Below, in pieces: positions 28,650 to 38,176 of a stretch of DNA of 64,000 nucleotides; positions within the stretch are counted from its first letter, which is position 1; each line of letters begins with the position of its first letter. Position numbers and translations under genes: made by a program. The DNA is from an uncultured Pseudobdellovibrionaceae bacterium (GTDB taxonomy: Bacteria > Bdellovibrionota > FAC87 > UBA2466): contig CAYNEF010000006.1 of assembly GCA_964396165.1 (NCBI GenBank), positions 3,505-67,504 of the forward strand, in the 5' to 3' direction. The notes beneath the pieces were generated by a model that saw nothing but the letters and a program-made list of their open reading frames with translations, did not search any database and was not told the DNA's origin.

Positions 28650-28779
28650 GCTTTGTCGATTCTGTAGTCGTCCAAAAGTACATTTTTTGTCTCCAACATT
28701 TAGTTTTATCAAATACAAGCCTGAGATAAGGCTTGTATTCATTTAGTCTTCTGGCCACGCGTTTGCTTTAAGTATCCTC

Positions 28780-29688
28780 TTGAAGGAGAACTCAAGGAAC
28801 GTGTTCTTATCTAAAGAAGAAAAACCAAAGCGCAGGATAGCCCAAGTCGAAGACACAGATCGGTTTAATAACTGGTATAGAGACTTCTCTGTCCGCAGTG
28901 AATCCTGGCCCATTATCGAGCATTGGGCGAATGAAATGGGTTATCACTTAACTGCAATGAAAGGCAGAAAGCGCACCTATACAAAAGGCTATAATACTTC
29001 CACCTATCAAACCTGCGTTGAGTTCAGACATGAAGAAGGAAGAGTAGTCATGTCCGCGTGGATTCTAGTGGGGCCCATGCTTCGCTGGTTAACACTCTTT
29101 CAATTACCCGAAGTGCTGCCGATTGATCCCAGCGGTTGGAAGGGAATTCAAACCAGACGTGAAGCGTGTCAGGATCTCAATGTTTTATTAAATCGTTTTC
29201 GCCAAAGAGAAATTGCGGGATCTGATGGTTGGCATCCGGCTGATTTTGATCTCTCTAGTATTTTATTCTTTTTCTTCAGTCTTTTTACCATTGGTTATTT
29301 TGGTGTCTTAAGTGCGATGCGCATGGAAGTACGCCCCAATCTTTCAAACGGACTACTTTCCATCATTTTAGAACGGCTGGGAATTTTAGGAGCCTTTGCT
29401 TTTGTTTTTTTGATCGTTCACGAAGGAATTCTTATCAAGCGGTTTGAAAAGCCGGTTTTGAAATGGACATCGATGGGAGTCTTGTCACTCTTTTTGACTA
29501 TCGGTTCTATCTTTTTTCTCTTTCAATCTAAAAACCGCATGCAGGAATTAAAAACTGCACACTATTGTCTGACACAATACGATGCAAAACGCTGTGAGAT
29601 GCTGGTTCAGACGCTGAAGCCGGAAGAGCGCGAAAACATCAAAAAAAGACTCGAAGTCTTTGAGAAACACCTCTCCTTGAAGCCCTAA
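28780..29688 (+). CDS. hypothetical membrane protein (soluble N-domain plus about 3 TM)
   Basis: 302 aa; TTG start uncertain (GTG 28801 is an alternative); hydrophobic segments FFFSLFTIGYFGVL, GILGAFAFVFLIV, VLSLFLTIGSIFFLF. Confidence 0.5.
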   Translation: MKENSRNVFLSKEEKPKRRIAQVEDTDRFNNWYRDFSVRSESWPIIEHWANEMGYHLTAMKGRKRTYTKGYNTSTYQTCVEFRHEEGRVVMSAWILVGPMLRWLTLFQLPEVLPIDPSGWKGIQTRREACQDLNVLLNRFRQREIAGSDGWHPADFDLSSILFFFFSLFTIGYFGVLSAMRMEVRPNLSNGLLSIILERLGILGAFAFVFLIVHEGILIKRFEKPVLKWTSMGVLSLFLTIGSIFFLFQSKNRMQELKTAHYCLTQYDAKRCEMLVQTLKPEERENIKKRLEVFEKHLSLKP

Positions 29689-29726
29689 CCCTTGGCAATT
29701 TAGACCTCTCGTGTAAATATTTACGA

Positions 29727-31511
29727 GTGAAAACTCTACTTATTCTTTTGTGTCTATCTATCAATCTTATTGCTGAAGAAGAAGCGCGCGAAATTGACGC
29801 TGTTGTTTCGCTGGAAACCAAAGCTGAAAAAACCGAATTCAAAGAAACCGGTCGCTATGAAGAAGTCGCAAAGCTTTGTAAGGCATTTGTAAAAGCATAT
29901 CCCGAAAAAGTGAAGTGTCACAGTTTTGGCAAAACTCCAGAGGGAAGAGAAATGCTTTCGTTGGTCGTTTCTGGAGATGGCACGCTAGAACCTGAAACTG
30001 CAAAAGCAAAGAATAAACCTGTGCTCTTTTTCCAAGGGGGGATTCACGCAGGCGAGATTGACGGAAAAGATGCGGGCTTTCTCTATCTGAAAGAATTGCT
30101 AAGAGGAGAAATAAACGACAGCCCTCTTAAACAAACTGTAATGGTTTTTGTTCCCGTTTTTAACATCGACGGGCACGAACGCTTTGGAAAAAATCAACGT
30201 CCCAATCAGCGGGGGCCCGAAGAAACGGGCTGGCGTACGACAGCACAAAATTACAATTTAAACCGTGATTATCTAAAAGCAGATGCGCCGGAAATGCAGG
30301 CAATGATTTCCTATTTAAATGAATGGGATCCGATTGTGTATGTGGATTTACACGTCACAGATGGCGCGGATTTTCAGCCGGAAATTTCTGTCATGATTAA
30401 TCCTGCACTGAAAGGGGAAGAACCCCTGCACCCTTTAGCAAAAAGTTTTTCTGATTCAGTGATAAAAAAAATGAATGCCAAAGGGCATTTGACGTTGGAT
30501 TTTTATCCCTCTTTCGTAAAAGATGACGAACCTGAAACCGGTTTTGAACTAGGGGTTGCACCGCCTCGTTTTTCTCAAAGTTATTGGGGCGCAAGAAACA
30601 GAATCGGTATTTTAGTTGAAACACATTCGTGGAAAGAATACCCAGTGCGGGTAAAAGCGACACGCGATGTTCTTGAATTTATCGCAGAAGAAACAGCACT
30701 GAAAGGTGCGACCTGGAAAACCGCGGCAGCGAAGCTCGACGAAACTTCCAAAAAACGAGGTGGAAGCGAAGTCGTTCTTACTTACGAAGCGACAAAAAAA
30801 AGTAAGACAATTGATTTTGCTGGTTATCGCTATGAAAGAACTGCTTCTCCCATCTCTGGACAACTGGTCACAAAATACTTTCCAAAAGAACCTGTAGTTT
30901 GGAAAGTGCCTTTTTTTGATGAAGTAGTTCCGAAGCTAACTGTGTACGCACCTAAAGGGGGGTATCTGATTTCTCCGGCATTTCAGGATATGGTTGAGAA
31001 GAAATTAAAAATCCATGGATTGGAATATAAGGTGTTAACCAATCCCTTGTCGCAAGCAGCTGTGGAGCGTTTTAGCCCCAAAGAATTTGAGTTTGGAAAG
31101 TCCTCTTACGAGGGACACATGACTTTAAAACTAACCGGGAAGTGGGAGCTAGCACGGGAAAATTTACAAAAAGGGACACTTTTTGTCCCCATTTCGCAAA
31201 GCAAATCAAGATTGGTATTACACCTGTTTGAGCCTGAGGCGCCAGATTCCTTGCTCAGCTGGGGCTTTTTTAACACCGCTTTTGAAAAGAAAGAGTACAT
31301 GGAGGCATACGTAATTGACGTGGCTGCCAAGGAAATGCTGGCGCAGGATGCGGCACTTAAAGCAGAGTTTGAAGCTAAATTAAAATCTGACCCGGTTTTT
31401 GAGAAAGATCCTGATAAGCGCTTTGAATTCTTTCACAAGCGCCATCCTTCTTGGGATACGCGTTTTGGTGTCTATCCTGTGCTGAAAAGTGCAACACTCG
31501 ATTTTAAATAA
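29727..31511 (+). CDS. secreted M14-family metallocarboxypeptidase-like protein
   Basis: 594 aa; GTG start; signal peptide; GGIHAGEIDG (HxxE) and NIDGHER, later LHVTDG. Confidence 0.7.
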   Translation: MKTLLILLCLSINLIAEEEAREIDAVVSLETKAEKTEFKETGRYEEVAKLCKAFVKAYPEKVKCHSFGKTPEGREMLSLVVSGDGTLEPETAKAKNKPVLFFQGGIHAGEIDGKDAGFLYLKELLRGEINDSPLKQTVMVFVPVFNIDGHERFGKNQRPNQRGPEETGWRTTAQNYNLNRDYLKADAPEMQAMISYLNEWDPIVYVDLHVTDGADFQPEISVMINPALKGEEPLHPLAKSFSDSVIKKMNAKGHLTLDFYPSFVKDDEPETGFELGVAPPRFSQSYWGARNRIGILVETHSWKEYPVRVKATRDVLEFIAEETALKGATWKTAAAKLDETSKKRGGSEVVLTYEATKKSKTIDFAGYRYERTASPISGQLVTKYFPKEPVVWKVPFFDEVVPKLTVYAPKGGYLISPAFQDMVEKKLKIHGLEYKVLTNPLSQAAVERFSPKEFEFGKSSYEGHMTLKLTGKWELARENLQKGTLFVPISQSKSRLVLHLFEPEAPDSLLSWGFFNTAFEKKEYMEAYVIDVAAKEMLAQDAALKAEFEAKLKSDPVFEKDPDKRFEFFHKRHPSWDTRFGVYPVLKSATLDFK

Positions 31512-31664
31512 TTCGATTTTTTATTTGTAAAAACTGACAATAATTGCGCGTTTTCCTCTCGTATATTCCCTTGTGTTCCTCTTTAGATTTATGGTACAAG
31601 CCGCATCAACATATCGTCCCTGACTTCTTCGCTTAAGGGATAACAAAATAATTCTGGAGGTTCC

Positions 31665-32987
31665 ATGTTCCGTGCCCTTATCGTTCTATGCGTGTCTTTG
31701 TCCGCATTTGCTGGACAGCGTGAAAGAAAACTTTACGTCGGTAGTAACTCTACTGAAACAACAATGAGTTTTAATTACCAGGTGGAAATTCGCTCTAACT
31801 CAGTTCCCACACTAGAAGAAGTAAAAGAAAAAATCGATAATCAAGTTGTGCATATGTTTGGTCCAATGGGAGAAGCAACAGTAAAAGCTGTACCCAAAGG
31901 TGATTATAAAATTACCAATATCGGAAAAGCACAATTGGTCGCGAGAAACACTTTCTCCGTTCCTTATACATATACCGGCACTGTAATCGTTCAAAACAAT
32001 GCGACAGGAAATTCCTACAATGTCATTTTGCCGAAAAATCCTGATCTGATTTACAAACAAGCGATGGTTTTAAACCGTAAACCTTGTACGGATCACCACT
32101 ATGATTCCGAAGGGGATTTTTGGTACTTTTGGAATCCGTCCAATCCTGGTTGCAGATTAAGACAAGGCGTTCATTATGATGTGATCAAATCTTCCATCAA
32201 GCGCATTGCAAATACAAATGTTAGCTACCCAGAGTATGCGAAGCTTGTACAAAACTTGTCTGTACCTACCATCAAAGTAAGTATGATGATGGGAATGGAT
32301 GATACATCAAAAGGCACAGATCCACTTCGCTCTGGCGATATCAATGCTCAAAACTACAGAGGCATTCGTAATACTTTAATCCAAATGGGCTTCCAAGAAA
32401 GCCGCGCATTATCTGAAGCTGAATTTGAACAACTAGTCGGGCATGCAGTGAAAACGGCTCACTATGTTCAAGAATTCGTAAAAGAAGACAAGAAAGCACG
32501 CATCCTTGTCAGATTATCTTTTGGACCTACTGGTATTGATGAAGATTCCGATGGCTTTCACTGGTTGATGAAAGAAGCGATGGAAAATTCTTCCATCATG
32601 ATCTACGACGGCCATTCTGGTTTAGGAGGTCACCTTGATTTGGCTTCTATCGAGAATACAGAAGGATTCAAATTTCAACCGAATAAGAATCAATACCAAA
32701 TCTACTTCTTTAACTCCTGCAGTTCTTATACGTATTACAATACGATGTACTTCGCGAGAAAGAAGACAGCTCAAGATCCTAAAGGAACCAAAAATCTGGA
32801 TATCATGACAAACGGTCTCGCTACATACTTCTCTGTAATGGGTGAAACCAATATGGCAGTAGTAAAAGCCGTAGACTCTTGGGCAAACGATAAAGGTACG
32901 ATGAGTTATCAAACTTTGGCTCGCCAAATTGATAGCGGAAACCTCTTTGGAATCAACGGCGATGAGGACAACAGTACAAGAGAATAA
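31665..32987 (+). CDS. secreted protein with putative clan-CD-like His/Cys dyad
   Basis: 440 aa; signal peptide MFRALIVLCVSLSAFA; SSIMIYDGHSGLGG (nt about 32596-32630) and QIYFFNSCSSY (nt about 32705-32728), each after a hydrophobic strand. Confidence 0.5.
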   Translation: MFRALIVLCVSLSAFAGQRERKLYVGSNSTETTMSFNYQVEIRSNSVPTLEEVKEKIDNQVVHMFGPMGEATVKAVPKGDYKITNIGKAQLVARNTFSVPYTYTGTVIVQNNATGNSYNVILPKNPDLIYKQAMVLNRKPCTDHHYDSEGDFWYFWNPSNPGCRLRQGVHYDVIKSSIKRIANTNVSYPEYAKLVQNLSVPTIKVSMMMGMDDTSKGTDPLRSGDINAQNYRGIRNTLIQMGFQESRALSEAEFEQLVGHAVKTAHYVQEFVKEDKKARILVRLSFGPTGIDEDSDGFHWLMKEAMENSSIMIYDGHSGLGGHLDLASIENTEGFKFQPNKNQYQIYFFNSCSSYTYYNTMYFARKKTAQDPKGTKNLDIMTNGLATYFSVMGETNMAVVKAVDSWANDKGTMSYQTLARQIDSGNLFGINGDEDNSTRE

Positions 32988-32997
32988 TTAAACTATC

Positions 32998-34548
32998 ATG
33001 AATAGTAACTTCTTAAAGTTAGGCTTGCTTGGATTTTTCTGGGCAAGCCTTTCTTTTTCCGCTGTTACTTGGGAAGCGGCAGTTGTATTTCTTGGCACAA
33101 AACTCCCAGAAGATTACCAGGCCGATATTGATCGCAATATATTAGATCTCGCAAGAAGTAATCCGAATGACACTTTTCATTTAAGCATTTTTCGTGAATT
33201 TGAAAACCGTTCTGTCACGTACTACGTCGATTCCAAATCACCGAAATTGCAGTCGTGGCGACCACTCTTTCAATCTCAAATCATTGCAGACATCCAAGTT
33301 CCTGGCGAATTGATAGTGGAAACGCGAGAACCGGACGATTTAAGTATTCTGAGTCGCAATGTAAAACTCGCTGATTTTTTTCAGCGCGCTTACCAAAACA
33401 AAGATGCAAAGCGCATCCTGCTTCTTTATGATCACGGGCAGGCGTTTGAAGGGTTGGGCTCCGGCGTCACTTTATTGGAATTAAAAAAACAACTGACTGA
33501 TAATTTACCCGCACGTGCCGGTAAGCCTCTGGATATCCTTTGGATGGATGCTTGCTTCATGGGAAACCTGGAGAGTATTTTTGAATTAAGAAAAATTTCA
33601 AAGCTCATCATTGGTTCCGAAGAAGCTGAATTTTCTGCCGGCGCCCCTATGGAAATGTTTAAAAGCTTGTCTTACGGCGATCGTGACAGTGCGAGAGTTG
33701 CGTTCGACTTTGCTGAGCGCTTTATCGAGTCGTATTCCTATTCCCTTCAGGGCAGTAAAAGAAAAGCCATATTTTCTAGCTCAGCCACCATTAGTGTAAT
33801 TGATACCGCTGGACTAGATACACTTGCAGAAGAGATTACGAAGTTAAAACAAGCAATCGGGAGTCTGTCCAAAGAGCAGATAAGTGAGATCCGAAAAGAT
33901 GTTCCCGCAATTTCTATGGATCGAAAGGATCTGGTTGATTTAGGATCTTTGCTACTTAAAATGTCAAAAAGCCGACTATTTTCAACGAATTTAAAAATAC
34001 GCGAAGCCTTATTTAATTTAAGAGTGCTAATGGATTTGGGAAAGCCAAGTAAAACCCTTACCAATCCCCGAATCGTCATTGATCCAGATTCAAACCGTTC
34101 TCACTCCTTTGTATTCGGATACAACTATTGGAAAAACGGGGACGAAACAGATAAGGATACTTTGGAAAAAATTCCTCAAGAATTAATGGATTCTGTTTCT
34201 TTTGTTTCGGGACCCATGCGTAAAAAATGGCCAAAGAGACAAATGGCAAACCTTATGTACTTCTCTCCCTTTTCTGTAGGGCTGAATGTTTTTAGTTATT
34301 ACGCCGTGACTGATAAGGGAGACAAAGTACTGTCGTCAACCAAGACTCTTAAACGAGAAAGAGACTTTACTTTGCTTTCGCGTGATACGAGAACAAACCC
34401 GATCTTATTATCGGGTTATACACAAGGCATTGGCAAGAATGCGGAACGCTATACGGGATTGAGCATTGCGGATCCAACGATAGGACTACCTTCATTCGAT
34501 TATACCGATTTGGAATTCTATAAAGAAACTGGCTGGACAAACTTTTAA
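32998..34548 (+). CDS. secreted C11 (clostripain-like) cysteine peptidase
   Basis: 516 aa; signal peptide; RILLLYDHGQAFEG (catalytic His context) and DILWMDACFMGNLES (DACxM Cys context) about 45 aa apart. Confidence 0.7.
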   Translation: MNSNFLKLGLLGFFWASLSFSAVTWEAAVVFLGTKLPEDYQADIDRNILDLARSNPNDTFHLSIFREFENRSVTYYVDSKSPKLQSWRPLFQSQIIADIQVPGELIVETREPDDLSILSRNVKLADFFQRAYQNKDAKRILLLYDHGQAFEGLGSGVTLLELKKQLTDNLPARAGKPLDILWMDACFMGNLESIFELRKISKLIIGSEEAEFSAGAPMEMFKSLSYGDRDSARVAFDFAERFIESYSYSLQGSKRKAIFSSSATISVIDTAGLDTLAEEITKLKQAIGSLSKEQISEIRKDVPAISMDRKDLVDLGSLLLKMSKSRLFSTNLKIREALFNLRVLMDLGKPSKTLTNPRIVIDPDSNRSHSFVFGYNYWKNGDETDKDTLEKIPQELMDSVSFVSGPMRKKWPKRQMANLMYFSPFSVGLNVFSYYAVTDKGDKVLSSTKTLKRERDFTLLSRDTRTNPILLSGYTQGIGKNAERYTGLSIADPTIGLPSFDYTDLEFYKETGWTNF

Positions 34549-34880
34549 GAAGCATTCCGTCTAGGGAATTTGCTAATCAATTCTCTTTGCTCTGCTACAA
34601 TTTTTCTTAAGGGAAGGGGAGTTTTCAGTTTTACGGAAACATCCGCATCCGATAAGCGTGTGATACCACCGCGTACAAGGTACGTTTCTCCGTCTGGAAA
34701 ATTGAGCGTGCCCGCCAGTGCATCATTAAAAGAAATTTTTGAAGATTTGATATTCTCAAATCGCAATCCTTCTTCAGACAAATCCAAAACTTTGTAATTA
34801 ACCCCATTCATTCTAAAAAGCGGACAATGGCTTTCCGAATAATAAAGTCTGTAATAAGTTCTGCGGTTTTCTTCTGACAT
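34545..34880 (-). CDS. PilZ-domain protein (c-di-GMP binding candidate)
   Basis: 111 aa; RRTYYR (RxxxR) and DLSEEGLRF (DxSxxG) motifs. Confidence 0.75.
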   Translation of the reverse strand: MSEENRRTYYRLYYSESHCPLFRMNGVNYKVLDLSEEGLRFENIKSSKISFNDALAGTLNFPDGETYLVRGGITRLSDADVSVKLKTPLPLRKIVAEQRELISKFPRRNAS

Positions 34881-34953
34881 GGCTTATACCTATCGGAAAA
34901 AATTGAGGTTTTCATTATCTGCAGTGCGACAATAGACTTAACAGGCAGAGGCT

Positions 34954-35514
34954 TTAGGAAAATGCTTCATACACTATCTTAATAATTTCGAACTCTTCTT
35001 CCCCTTTAGGAAGGCGCACCGCAATAAAATCACCGACTTTGGACTGTAAAAGCGCCTTTCCAATCGGTGAAATCCAACTGATATGACCTCGGCCTGCATC
35101 GATCTCGTCAACACCAACGATGCGGTAAGTTTTTTCGCTTCCCGCTTCCGTTCGAATCGTGACTGTCGCACCAAAAACAACTTTTTCGGAATTTTGGGCT
35201 GCTGGATCGACTATCTCAGCAGCATCAAGACGTTTAGTCAGAAAACGTATGCGTTTGTCTATCTCTCTCAGTTTTTTCTTACCGTAGTAGTAATCTGCGT
35301 TTTCCGATCTATCGCCATTAGATGCGGCCCACTGTACGACTTTTACAATCTCTGGACGATCTACGTCCATCAGTCTTTTAAATTCATCTTTCAGTTTTTG
35401 GGCACCCCAAGGAGTGATGTAGTTTTTTCCTCCGGGCACCTGGAGTTTGGCATCATCCTCGTCGTCAAAATCGTCGTCTATATTGTCAGTTTCTTTTGTG
35501 AAAGCTTTGCTCAT
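34954..35514 (-). CDS. greB: transcription elongation factor GreB-like, with acidic N-terminal extension
   Basis: 186 aa; YITPWGAQKLKDE...GDRSENADYYYGKKKLREIDKRIRFL...ISWISPIGKALL. Confidence 0.8.
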   Translation of the reverse strand: MSKAFTKETDNIDDDFDDEDDAKLQVPGGKNYITPWGAQKLKDEFKRLMDVDRPEIVKVVQWAASNGDRSENADYYYGKKKLREIDKRIRFLTKRLDAAEIVDPAAQNSEKVVFGATVTIRTEAGSEKTYRIVGVDEIDAGRGHISWISPIGKALLQSKVGDFIAVRLPKGEEEFEIIKIVYEAFS

Positions 35515-35990
35515 ACTTTTTCAGGTGTCCCCATTTTGCAAACAATTTCGAAGTGTGTTTCGCTCACCGGTTGCACTGACAGCCGAGATCCCTTTTGTAA
35601 CACTAACATTTTGGCTAGTTTCTCGTTTTCTTTAAGCTCTTCTCTTGTCACAGGAGTTTTAAAGCGTTTAACTGCTTTAACGTCTACCATTATCCAAGGG
35701 CTTGCGCCTTTTTTAAAACTGTCTTCGTCAAAATATTTGCTTTTTGGATCCAGCGCTGTTGAATCCGTGTAACCTTCTTTGGCGACTTCTGCGACGCCCA
35801 TGATGGCAGGAATGTCTGTATTGCTGTGATAAATCAAAACCTGATCTCCCAGTTTAAATTCATCGCGCATAAAATTTCTTGCCTGATAATTTCTAACACC
35901 TTCCCACGAAGTGGTACGCTTTGGAGCTTTTACCAAGTCCTCAAAGGAAAAAACATCAGGTTCCGTTTTTACAAGCCAAAATTTCTTCAA
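35511..35990 (-). CDS. EVE (PUA-like) domain protein
   Basis: 159 aa; FWLVKTEPDVFSFEDL...WEGVRNYQARNFMRD...GDQVLIYHS; ATGA-type 4-nt overlap with greB. Confidence 0.8.
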   Translation of the reverse strand: MKKFWLVKTEPDVFSFEDLVKAPKRTTSWEGVRNYQARNFMRDEFKLGDQVLIYHSNTDIPAIMGVAEVAKEGYTDSTALDPKSKYFDEDSFKKGASPWIMVDVKAVKRFKTPVTREELKENEKLAKMLVLQKGSRLSVQPVSETHFEIVCKMGTPEKV

Positions 35991-36018
35991 ACATTCCTCG
36001 TAGTTAAGGTATCATAGA

Positions 36019-36115
36019 GTATATAGGTAGCATCCGTAATTTGAAGAGAGGAGTAAGGGCTCCAAAAACCAGTCGCCTCACCCCTCTCTTCAAATTACGG
36101 ATGCTACCTATGTAC
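36019..36115. repeat. long inverted repeat: 29-bp perfect arms (36023-36051 / 36083-36111), 31-nt spacer
   Basis: ATAGGTAGCATCCGTAATTTGAAGAGAGG and its exact reverse complement CCTCTCTTCAAATTACGGATGCTACCTAT; 4 more pairs (one G:T) extend the stem to 36019/36115. Confidence 0.95.
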
Positions 36116-36137
36116 CGCTATTTTTAGAACATAAATT

Positions 36138-37694
36138 ATGGTTGTAGAAAAGATGAAAAAACTGACAGCAAATGCACCGATCACACTTCTTTGTATCTGG
36201 TTCTGCTATACGCTGTATCTTGTCTTATCAGGCACAAAACTTCCCGGATCTGACGTATTTATTTTTAAAGAAGCGGGGGTAAACCTGGCGTTAAAGGGCA
36301 GATTTGTGGTTTCCAATCTACCGTTCATGCCGTCGAACCAGGAGTTTACCTACTATTTTTATCCTCCTCTTTATCCGTTTATCTACGGTGTGTGGACAAA
36401 AATTGTGGGATTTGGTTATTCACAAGGAGTGCTGTTTGATTGCTTGATTCGGTTGATTCGTACTTTGTTGATTTTGGGATTTTTAATCAAGCCATTGAAA
36501 AATGCGCCGAAGTTTAATCAACGTGTCTTTTTGTTTTACGCGCTTCTGTTAAGTTTTTTTATGAGTGACGGGGATAGGCCTGATGATTTGGCAGCCCTGT
36601 TTGGACTTGCGGCGTGGCACTTTCTTTTTCGTACGGACAAGCTTTCTCATCTACTGTGCGGACTCTTTATAGGGTTGTGTGCAAGTACTTCGGCAACAGC
36701 GGGCGTATTTTTTACTATCGGAGTCATGGCATATTATTGGCCCTGGTGGAAAAAAATAAAAAACATTCTGCCAGTGGCTTTAGTCTCTGTACTTGTATTT
36801 CTTGCCATTGTTGCCCCGACATTTATTCGTGAACCTGAGTTGTATGCGTTATTTAATAGACAAGCCTCTTTCAGTAATTTTTTACAATTTAGAAATTTTG
36901 AGGGCTGGTCGAAGCTTTTGCCTTTCTTAATTTTCTGGGCAGAACGGTATTATATTTGTCTAATGGGAGCTCCAGCCGTAACGCTGGCAGCAATCTTAGT
37001 ACTGGTAGCTTCTCTATGGGTCATAAAATCAGAGAAGCTGGATTCTCATGCAAAAACTTTTGCTACTCCTGCGATAGTGATGTTTGCGCTTACGGCAGTT
37101 GTTTGGATCATGCAACCCTACTATTTGTGGTTTTCCTATCTTTCCTTTTTCATATTTATTGGAACGTATGCATTAAAGGAAAATAAAAGAGCTTACGTGC
37201 TTCTTGCCATAGTGGGAGTGTCCTTAATCCCGAAATCGTTTGATGAGGCAAAGGGAATTCTTATTGCTCTTCAAGAACCAAAACAAGAATCTCAATTTGA
37301 AATGAGTAAAGAAATAAAAAAATATATTCCCGTGAGGGCGAAGGTTTCTGTCACACACGATCAGTTTTATTTATTGGGACGTGAGTACCAAATTTCAAAT
37401 GTAGGACACATCTGCATGCACGCAGAAGACATGGATTTTATTTATATGAGTCGAATGGGGAATGCGAAACAAGAACTTCCCATACCGCATCCGTGTAATA
37501 CCCGCTCCGCTTGCTTTGAAGTGGTTGCCAATACAAGCCAGAATAAGCACTTTACCATTGCTGGCAAAGATACAGGCTATTTTGTCAAAACAAGTGGCGG
37601 TACTTTGTACAAAAACGTGCGTTGCGTGGGAAAACAAATTCCCTGGGATGTGTCAGCGGAGCAGTATTTGAAAGAAGAGCAAAGTTCTAAATAG
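36138..37694 (+). CDS. polytopic membrane protein, possible GT-C-type glycosyltransferase
   Basis: 518 aa; more than 10 hydrophobic helices followed by a soluble about 130-aa C-terminus; family assignment is a guess from architecture only. Confidence 0.4.
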   Translation: MVVEKMKKLTANAPITLLCIWFCYTLYLVLSGTKLPGSDVFIFKEAGVNLALKGRFVVSNLPFMPSNQEFTYYFYPPLYPFIYGVWTKIVGFGYSQGVLFDCLIRLIRTLLILGFLIKPLKNAPKFNQRVFLFYALLLSFFMSDGDRPDDLAALFGLAAWHFLFRTDKLSHLLCGLFIGLCASTSATAGVFFTIGVMAYYWPWWKKIKNILPVALVSVLVFLAIVAPTFIREPELYALFNRQASFSNFLQFRNFEGWSKLLPFLIFWAERYYICLMGAPAVTLAAILVLVASLWVIKSEKLDSHAKTFATPAIVMFALTAVVWIMQPYYLWFSYLSFFIFIGTYALKENKRAYVLLAIVGVSLIPKSFDEAKGILIALQEPKQESQFEMSKEIKKYIPVRAKVSVTHDQFYLLGREYQISNVGHICMHAEDMDFIYMSRMGNAKQELPIPHPCNTRSACFEVVANTSQNKHFTIAGKDTGYFVKTSGGTLYKNVRCVGKQIPWDVSAEQYLKEEQSSK

Positions 37695-37724
37695 TGGTAG
37701 GTAAGGGGCGTAGGCATAAATGAG

Positions 37725-37929
37725 ATTGCCGCGCACTTCGGCCTCGCAATGACTGCCGTTGCGGAAAAATCTTGTGGGCCCGGTTACTATTATATGTATG
37801 AGGATTCGATAAGTTTTGGCGACACTTCCGCGCTCTAGTGGGTCTTATAGATTAGCGATTGGGGTGACCTTCGCTTAGAAGCCCACCAGATTTTTTCGGA
37901 GTCATTGCGAGGCCGAAGGCCGCGGCAAT
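37725..37929. repeat. composite inverted REP element (about 50-nt arms containing the REP core, 101-bp centre)
   Basis: Left arm ATTGCCGCGCACTTCGGCCTCGCAATGACTGCCGTTGCGGAAAAATCTTGTGGGC. The reverse complement of the right arm is ATTGCCGCGGCCTTCGGCCTCGCAATGACTCCGAAAAAATCTGGTGGGC. Confidence 0.85.
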
Positions 37930-38176
37930 CCAGTCGAATTAGGATGCATCTCCGCTAGTATTGTGAGTTTTAAACTGTCTTCTAAACTACCATTTCCAGT
38001 TGTCTTTTTATCTTCGCTTTATACGCACTTTTTAGCAGTCAATTTGGAGCGCCCCGTGCTTCTCATTTTTAACGAATGATCCGCGATCAAAATGAAATGA
38101 GAGAAGCATTATTGCCAAAATTTAAATCCATTTTTTCTCTTGGTGTTTGAGAATATTCTTTTTATGACAAAAGTGA

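Noticed and set aside
35083-35772. 229-aa plus-strand ORF spanning greB and the EVE gene
   Set aside because: It is antisense to two ORFs with clear family motifs, and its own translation is low-complexity (F/S/L-rich) with no start context.
38057-38108. Imperfect hairpin TGCTTCTCATTT ... AAATGA-GAGAAGCA upstream of the RAYT gene
   Set aside because: It has only 8 contiguous pairs plus 4 more across a 2-nt bulge, with a 26-nt loop. That is not distinguishable from chance, and it is unrelated to the REP core.
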